From positions 1-54,796 of the forward strand of contig JAUCBJ010003048.1 of the NCBI GenBank assembly GCA_032718475.1: a stretch of DNA of 54,796 nt. The letters run 5' to 3'. The notes under the pieces are model-generated. The model had not been told where the DNA came from. It worked only from the letters and a program-made list of their open reading frames with translations, and made no database searches. Every line of letters begins with the position of its first letter. The stretch's first letter is position 1. Origin of the DNA: Nemertoderma westbladi. Its lineage: Eukaryota; Animalia; Xenacoelomorpha. The translations under genes and the position numbers were made by a program. Below, one piece after another: positions 47,079-54,796 of this stretch.

Positions 47079-49663
47079 AGGGAAAAGGACGGTGGACTAC
47101 TTGGCGTCCCAAGGGAAAAGGACGGTGGACTACTTGGCGTCCCAAGGGAAAAGGACGGTGGACTACTTGGCGTCCCAAAGGAAAAGGACGGTGGACTACT
47201 TGGCGTCCCAAGGGAAAAGGACGGTGGACTACATGGCGTCCCAAGGGAAAAGGACGGTGGACTACTTGGCGTCCCAAGGGAAAAGGACGGTGGACTACTT
47301 GGCGTCCCAAAGGAAAAGGACGGTGGACTACTTGGCGTCCCAAGGGAAAAGGACGGTGGACTACTTGGCGTCCCAAGGGAAAAGGACGGTGGACTACTTG
47401 GCGTCCCAAGGGAAAAGGACGGTGGACTACTTGGCGTCACAAGGGAAAAGGACGGTGGACTACTTGGCGTCCCAAGGGAAAAGGACGGTGGACTACTTGG
47501 CGTCCCAAGGGAAAAGGACGGTGGACTACTTGGCGTCCCAAGGGAAAAGCACTGTGGACTACTTGGCGTCCCAAGGGAAAAGGACGGTGGACTACTTGGC
47601 GTCCCAAGGGAAAAAGACGGTGGACTACTTGGCGTCCCAAGGGAAAAGGACGGTGGACTACTTGGCGTCCCAAGGGAAAAGGACGGTGGACTACTTGGCG
47701 TCCCAAGGGAAAAGGACGGTGGACTACTTGGCGTCCCAAGGGAAAAGGACGGTGGACTACTTGGCGTCCCAAGGGTAAAGGACGGTGGACTACTTGACGT
47801 CCCAAGGGAAAAGGACGGTGGACTACTTGGCGTCCCAAGGGAAAAGGACGGTGGACTACTTGGCGTCCCAACCCAAGGGAAAAGGATGGTGGACTACTTG
47901 GCGTCCCAAGGTAAAAGGACGGTGGACTACTTGGCGTCCCAAGGGAAAAGGACGGTGGACTACTTGGCGTCCCAAGGGAAAAGGACGGTGGACTACTTGG
48001 CGTCCCAAGGGAAAAGGACGGTGGACTACTTGGCGTCCCAAGGGAAAAGGACGGTGGACTACTTGGCGTCCCAAGGGAAAAGGACTGTGGACTACTTGGC
48101 GTCCCAAGGGAAAAGGACGGTGGACTACTTGGCGTCCCAAGGGAAAAGGACTGTGGACTACTTGGCGTCCCAAGGGAAAAGGACGGTGGACTACTTGGCG
48201 TCCCAAGGGAAAAGGACGGTGGACTACTTGGCGTCCCAAGGGAAAAGGACGGTGGACTACTTGGCGTCCCAAGGGAAAAGGACGGTGGACTACTTGGCGT
48301 CCCAAGGGAAAAGGACGGTGGACTACTTGGCGTCCCAAGGGGAAAGGACGGTGGACTACTTGGCGTCCCAAGGGAAAAGGACGGTGGACTACTTGGCGCC
48401 CCAAGGGAAAATGACGGTGGACTACTTGGCGTCCCAAGGGAAAAGGACGGTGGACTACTTGGCGTCCCAAGGGAAAAGGACGGTGGACTACTTGGCGTCC
48501 CAAGGGAAAAGGACGGTGGACTACTTGGCGTCCCAAGGGAAAAGGACGGTGGACTACTTGGCGTCCCAAGGGAAAAGGACTGTGGACTACTTGGCGTCCC
48601 AAGGGAAAAGGACGGTGGACTACTTGGCGTCCCAAGGGAAAAGGACGGTGGACTACTTGGCGTCCCAAGGGAAAAGGACGGTGGACTACTTGGCGTCCCA
48701 AGGGAAAAGGACGGTGGACTACTTGGCGTCCCAAGGGAAAAGGACTGTGGACTACTTGGCGTCCCAAGGGAAAAGGACTGTGGACTACTTGGCGTCCCAA
48801 GGGAAAAGGACGGTGGACTACTTGGCGTCCCAAGGGAAAAGGACGGTGGACTACTTGGCGTCCCAAGGGAAAAGGACGGTGGACTACTTGGCGTCCTAAG
48901 GGAAAAGGACTGTGGACTACTTGGCGTCCCAAGGGAAAAGGACTGTGGACTAGTTGGCGTCCCAAGGGAAAAGGACGGTGGACTACTTGGCGTCCCAAGG
49001 GAAAAGGACGGTGGACTACTTGGCGTCCCAAGGGAAAAGGACGGTGGACTACTTGGCGTCCCAAGGGAAAAGGACGGTGGACTACTTGGCGTCCCAAGGG
49101 AAAAGGACGGTGGACTACTTGGCGTCCCAAGGGAAAAGGACGGTGGACTACTTGGAGTCCCAAGGGAAAAGGACGGTGGACTACTTGGCGTCCCAAGGGA
49201 AAAGGACGGTGGACTACTTGGCGTCCCAAGGGAAAAGGACGGTGGACTACTTGGCGTCCCAAGGGAAAAGGACGGTGGACTACTTGGCGTCCCAAGGGAA
49301 AAGGACGGTGGACTACTTGGCGTCCCAAGGGAAAAGGACGGTGGACTACTTGGCGTCCCAAGGGAAAAGGACGGTGGACTACTTGGCGTCCCAAGGGAAA
49401 AGGACGGTGGACTACTTGGCGTCCCAAGGGAAAAGGACGGTGGACTACTTGGCGTCCCAAGGGAAAAGGACGGTGGACTACTTGGCGTCCCAAGGTAAAA
49501 GGACGGTGGACTACTTGGCGTCCCAAGGGAAAAGGACGGTGGACTACTTGGCGTCCCAAGGGAAAAGGACGGTGGACTACTTGGCGTCCCAAGGGAAAAG
49601 GACGGTGGACTACTTGGCGTCCCAACCCAAGGGAAAAGGACGGTGGACTACTTGGCGTCCCAA
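47079..49663. repeat. 33-bp homogeneous tandem array, about 78 copies
   Basis: Unit cccaagggaaaaggacggtggactacttggcgt, with two 5-bp cccaa duplications (about 47867 and 49621). Confidence 0.97.
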
Positions 49664-49724
49664 TATGTGATATTTTATTTTTTATTTTATTTATTTACAC
49701 GATAATCATAATGATAAAAGAATA

Positions 49725-50982
49725 TAAAACAATGCGAACTTTACACACAAAGAGAAAGTAATTTAAAACAATGCGAACTTTACACACAAAGAGAAAGTAA
49801 TTTAAAACAATGCGAACTTTACACACAAAGAGAAAGTAATTTAAAACAATGCGAACTTTACACACAAAGAGAAAGTAATTTAAAACAATGCGAACTTTAC
49901 ACACAAAGAGAAAGTAATTTAAAACAATGCGAACTTTACACACAAAGAGAAAGTAATTTAAAACAATGCGAACTTTACACACAAAGAGAAAGTAATTTAA
50001 TACAATTCGAACTTTACACACAAAGAGAAAGTAATTTAAAACAATGCGAACTTTACACACAAAGAGAAAGTAATTTAAAACAATGCGAACATTACACACA
50101 AAGAGAAAGTAATTTAAAACAATGCGAACTTTACACACAAAGAGAAAGTAATTTAATACAATTCGAACTTTACACACAAAGAGAAAGTAATTTAAAACAA
50201 TGCGAACTTTACACACAAAGAGAAAGTAATTTAATACAATTCGAACTTTACACACAAAGAGAAAGTAATTTAAAACAATGCGAACTTTACACACAAAGAG
50301 AAAGTAATTTAAAACAATGCGAACTTTACACACAAAGAGAAAGTAATTTAAAACAATGCGAACTTTACACACAAAGAGAAAGTAATTTAAAACAATGCGA
50401 ACTTTACACACAAAGAGAAAGTAATTTAATACAATTCCAACTTTACACACAAAGAGAAAGTAATTTAAAACAATGCGAACTTTACACACAAAGAGAAAGT
50501 AATTTAAAACAATGCGAACTTTACACACAAAGAGAAAGTAATTTAAAACAATGCGAACTTTACACACAAAGAGAAAGTAATTTAAAACAATGCGAACTTT
50601 ACACACAAAGAGAAAGTAATTTAAAACAATGCGAACTTTACACACAAAGAGAAAGTAATTTAAAACAATGCGAACTTTACACACAAAGAGAAAGTAATTT
50701 AAAACAATACGAACTTTACACACAAAGAGAAAGTAATTTAATACAATTCGAACTTTACACACAAAGAGAAAGTAATTTCAAACAATGCGAACTTTACACA
50801 CAAAGAGAAAGTAATTTAAAACAATGCGAACTTTACACACAAAGAGAAAGTAATTTAAAACAATGCGAACTTTACACACAAAGAGAAAGTAATTTAAAAC
50901 AATGCGAACTTTACACACAAAGAGAAAGTAATTTAAAACAATGCGAACTTTACACACAATGAGAAAGTAATTTAAAATAATG
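49725..50982. repeat. 39-bp AT-rich tandem array, about 32 copies, in the presumed LINE 3' UTR
   Basis: Unit aaaacaatgcgaactttacacacaaagagaaagtaattt. Confidence 0.97.
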
Positions 50983-51804
50983 GTCGTGGAGAGAACCGCC
51001 CAGGCTCGAAGGCACTCACGGGGGCTACGGGTACCAATAAAGTAAAACAGGACATTTCACTAATTTAACTTTTACAGTATTGTAAATATTGTACTTTGGT
51101 AATTAGTAACCATTAATTGTGAATATTAAGATAAGTTTTAAGTAAAAAGTAATCATGTAATTTGACTATAATTAATAAAAAGAAATAAATAAGCCAGTAA
51201 AATTAAAGTTTTAACGCCAACCAGACAACTTGCCAACAATGTTAAAATGGTTGCTATGGATTAACGATTAAAATGTACAAAATAAAATTAACGATTAAGA
51301 AATAATATTGGGTTTCCCTGCGTGATAATGAAGGGACAATATGGCAGGAAGTCAACACCGAGCAATTTACGTTTGAAGGTGTGGAAATTAGCAGCCTCAA
51401 CGACTTCTACAGGCAATTCATTCCAAATATTTACAACACGGGATTGAAGTGCATGTTTGCACATGTTTAAACGGGACAAGTAATTTTTTGCTGTGACCAC
51501 GTAGACCGTCAGGTTGTTATTTACAATTAAACCCAAGTCTTTACAGGATGAGTTTGGTGTAATACCTAAGTTATTTAATTTACAAATGTCTACATTAGAA
51601 ATACCAACATGAATAACAGCACATTTGTGAGAAGCGATTGACAACTGCCAATCGGCTGCCAATTTCTCTAAGGCCTGGAGCGCAACGACAAGCGCATTGT
51701 ATTCTTTGGCATCGGAATACATTTTTACGTCGTCGGCAAATAGTTTTACCGTTGTTGAGGCGCTGAACAAGTCAGGGAGATCATTAATGAATATCAAAAA
51801 TATA

Positions 51805-52936
51805 ACCGGCCCCAGTACACTACCCTGGATAGTGCCAGATGAGACCGGCCCCAGAACTCTACCCTGGATAGTGCCAGATGAGACCGGCCCCAGAACACTA
51901 CCCTGGATAGTGCCAGATGAGACCGGCCCCAGAACACTACCCTGGATAGTGCCAGATGAGACAGGCCCCAGTACACTACCCTGGATAGTGCCAGATGAGA
52001 CCGGCCCCAGTACACTACCCTGGATAGTGCCAGATGAGACCGGCCCCAGAACACTACCCTGGATAGTGCCAGATGAGACCGGCCCCAGAACACTACCCTG
52101 GATAGTGCCAGATGAGACCGGCCCCAGTACACTACCCTGGATAGTGCCAGATGAGACCGGCCCCAGAACACTACCCTGGATAGTGCCAGATGAGACCGGC
52201 CCCAGTACACTACCCTGGATAGTGCCAGATGAGACCGGCCCCAGTACACTACCCTGGATAGTGCCAGATGAGACCGGCCCCAGTACACTACCCTGGACAG
52301 TGCCAGATGAGACCGGCCCCAGAACACTACCCTGGATAGTGCCAGATGAGACCGGCCCCAGAACACTACCCTGGATAGTGCCAGATGAGACCGGCCCCAG
52401 TACACTACCCTGGATAGTGCCAGATGAGACCGGCCCCAGAACACTACCCTGGATAGTGCCAGATGAGACCGGCCCCAGAACGCTACCCTGGATAGTGCCA
52501 GATGAGACCGGCCCCAGAACACTACCCTGGATAGTGCCAGATGAGACCGGCCCCAGAACACTACCCTGGATAGTGCCAGATGAGACCGGCCCCAGAACAC
52601 TACCCTGGATAGTGCCAGATGAGACCGGCCCCAGAACACTACCCTGGATAGTGCCAGATGAGACCGGCCCCAGAACACTACCCTGGATAGTGCCAGATGA
52701 GACCGGCCCCAGAACACTACCCTGGATAGTGCCAGATGAGACCGGCCCCAGTACACTACCTGGATAGTGCCAGATGAGACCGGCCCCAGTACACTACCCT
52801 GGATAGTGCCAGATGAGACCGGCCCCAGTACACTACCCTGGATAGTGCCAGATGAGACCGGCCCCAGAACGCTACCCTGGATAGTGCCAGATGAGACCGG
52901 CCCCAGAACACTACCCTGGATAGTGCCAGATGAGAC
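51805..52936 (-). repeat. 39-bp tandem array, 29 copies, equal to the RT motif VSSGTIQGSVLGP
   Basis: Minus-strand unit gtctcatctggcactatccagggtagtgt(t/a)ctggggccg reads directly into VIFLIFINDLPD..FADD; one 1-bp deletion near 52760. Confidence 0.97.
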
Positions 52937-54796
52937 TCATACATTATCCGAAAAAATTCATTTCCAACAAGAATGCGTTGCGTTATATTAGAGAGGAATG
53001 CTCCTAACCAAGCAAAGCAAATCTCCAGATATACCATAAGATGACAACTTACAAAGCACCTTTGGGTGTACACAATTATCGAAAGCCTTTAGCGTAATCA
53101 ATGTAAACTATGTCTATGTTTTTCCTGTCGTCTATCATACTGTATCAGTCACTAAAACATTCAAGCAGCTGAGTACAAGTAGATTTACGCGCGAGAATAC
53201 CGTGCTGAGCCTTAGATATTAATTTATGATTACGTAGGTATTAAATAAGTTATTTTTTAACACACATTTCCATGATTTTACAAGTAATGCTCGTCAGGGA
53301 AATAGGACGGTAATTATAAGGATCACAAGGATCTCCCTTTTTAAATAATGGTACAATTATAACCATGAGCCAAATAGATGGAAGTGCGTGCGTATAAAAG
53401 GAGATATTGAAAAGTTCTGATAACGGTGCTGCTAAACAAAGTGATAAACGCGAAAATAAAATACAAGGCAAGTTCTCTGGCGTAGTACTTTTTTTAGAAG
53501 ATATTTTATTTAACACATCTAACACATTCACAGGTGAAAAATCAATGGCGGACAAAGAAACATTGTTTGGAACTCTTGATTTCAAAGGTGGTACCTTGGA
53601 ATCTTGGTACGTTGTTGTTATCAGTTGTACAATTTTCGGATAGTACTTCGGAGAAGATTTTTGCCTTAATTTAATCGTCAACAATTGTACCTCCCTTAAG
53701 AGGGTGAACCCCCACCTCCCCCCCCCCCCCCTTAAGAGGGTGAACCCCTCCCTTAAGAGGGTGAACCCTCCCCCCCCCCCCACCCCCTTAAGAGGTCCTA
53801 TACCACTTTTATTCTGGCGTTTGGAATTAATGAACTTGAAAATACAATTGGGATTAACCGAGTTTAACAACTTTGTTTCTCGTACACAAGTTGCACGGTG
53901 AGCCGCTTAAGAAGCGAGATATGCAACGCGCTCGTACTCGCGTTTACCGGATTCTGTATCGCGCCTCCTCCAAAACGCCTTTTTTTGACCGTTGCTAAAT
54001 CTGTACATAACGTGGGTAAAACTTTTTATTTACTGGATTTGAATGATTTCAATGGTATAAACTGATCAACACCGGATTTAATAACTGCGCTAAAAACATT
54101 GTAGTATTCGTCTACTGTAATACATGGTTCAAAAAGTGTGGTAAAGTTAGTATTCTTGATGTAGGAATTAAAATATTATTATTATATAGTCACCATTTAC
54201 GTAATCATAATATAGAAGTGATACTGTAGAAGTGTGTCTTTACTGTCCTTTATATACGGGCCTTAAAGTTCTTAGTAGCGTCATCTATCGATTCTGTTCT
54301 AAAATGTATCTACCGGTCTGAGTTAGAGGTCTATAATTATTCTCTCTCCCGAACGACAGATATATTTTCATTTGGGGTAGAGACAAAGAAAACATCTGAT
54401 TGCTGAATTATATTTCCATGCTGTTAGTTGTTGTTATATTCTTCTGTATGAAACTAATCTGCACTGTAAAGTTCAAACAAGTGGATTAATCCTCTGGCTA
54501 ACAGTTCACCTTATCGTAGATGCCTAGTAAATTACTCTATTTCAATGTTCGGTTCGCGCGCAGTTCGGTAGGGTGGGGTAAATACAGTAGTATGCTCCAT
54601 ACACCGTAGAGACTGTTTCTGTGTTGGGGGCGGGCAAAGGATTTCATTTTAAACATATCAATGGGGGGAGGTTGAGACTGATCTATTATCGAATGACCGA
54701 GAGAAAATTTAGTTGCCAATATTTCAGCCACTATATTGTAGATTGCAAAACAAACAATAATATAAATACAGGCCTTCATCAGGGCATACGGAGATT

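Larger units (their letters stand above)
49671..54205 (-). mobile_element. CR1-like LINE ORF2 remnant with probable 3' UTR and A-rich tail; degenerate and internally deleted
   Basis: IVPLFKKGDPCDPYNYRPISLTSITCKIME, QHG..RKST, YID..KAFD, SGTIQGSVLGP..FINDL..LFADD, KDLG and RVVNIWNELP..FKRKL. An (AATAA)n-like tail lies at 49671-49696; the 3' boundary is inferred. Confidence 0.88.

Noticed and set aside
46823-50762. Long repetitive ORFs (WRPKGKGRWTT, DYLASQGKRTV, CKVRIVLNYFLFV and others)
   Set aside because: Units of 33 and 39 bp are stop-free in several frames by chance; 5-bp insertions shift frames in the 33-mer, and there is no gene context.
51697-53073. ORFs TLPWIVPDETGP and WGRSHLALSRVV
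   Set aside because: Wrong frames of the amplified RT motif; the meaningful frame is VSSGTIQGSVLGP.

Overview
AT-rich, repeat-dense window from an invertebrate animal genome; no bacterial features. I find four likely host genes. (1) Protein disulfide isomerase, P4HB/PDIA1 type, with an intronless CDS (+, 1231-2739) and an ER-stress-element-like promoter. (2) An intronless orphan Cys-rich protein that is probably GPI-anchored (-, 11027-11761). (3) A three-exon secreted protein that the ORF track shows only in pieces (-, 30306-30235, 22908-22295, 22113-16902; 1965 aa): signal peptide, coiled coil, 8-Cys module, then about 1700 aa of repeats carrying roughly 170-180 N-X-T/S sequons. (4) FANCM with an intronless CDS (+, 42009-45746) that stops before the ERCC4/HhH domain. 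The rest is mobile DNA: RTE-clade LINE fragments of two families, including an A(B(A)) nest with both insertions at almost the same RT motif; a CR1-like LINE whose RT motif 'SGTIQGSVLGP' is amplified 29-fold in tandem; a tRNA-derived SINE; an IS3EU-like element with a 6-bp TSD; several foldback/MITE elements; and many 10-85 bp tandem arrays, several demonstrably expanded from segments of the element that holds them. All calls were made by eye, and counts are hand estimates.
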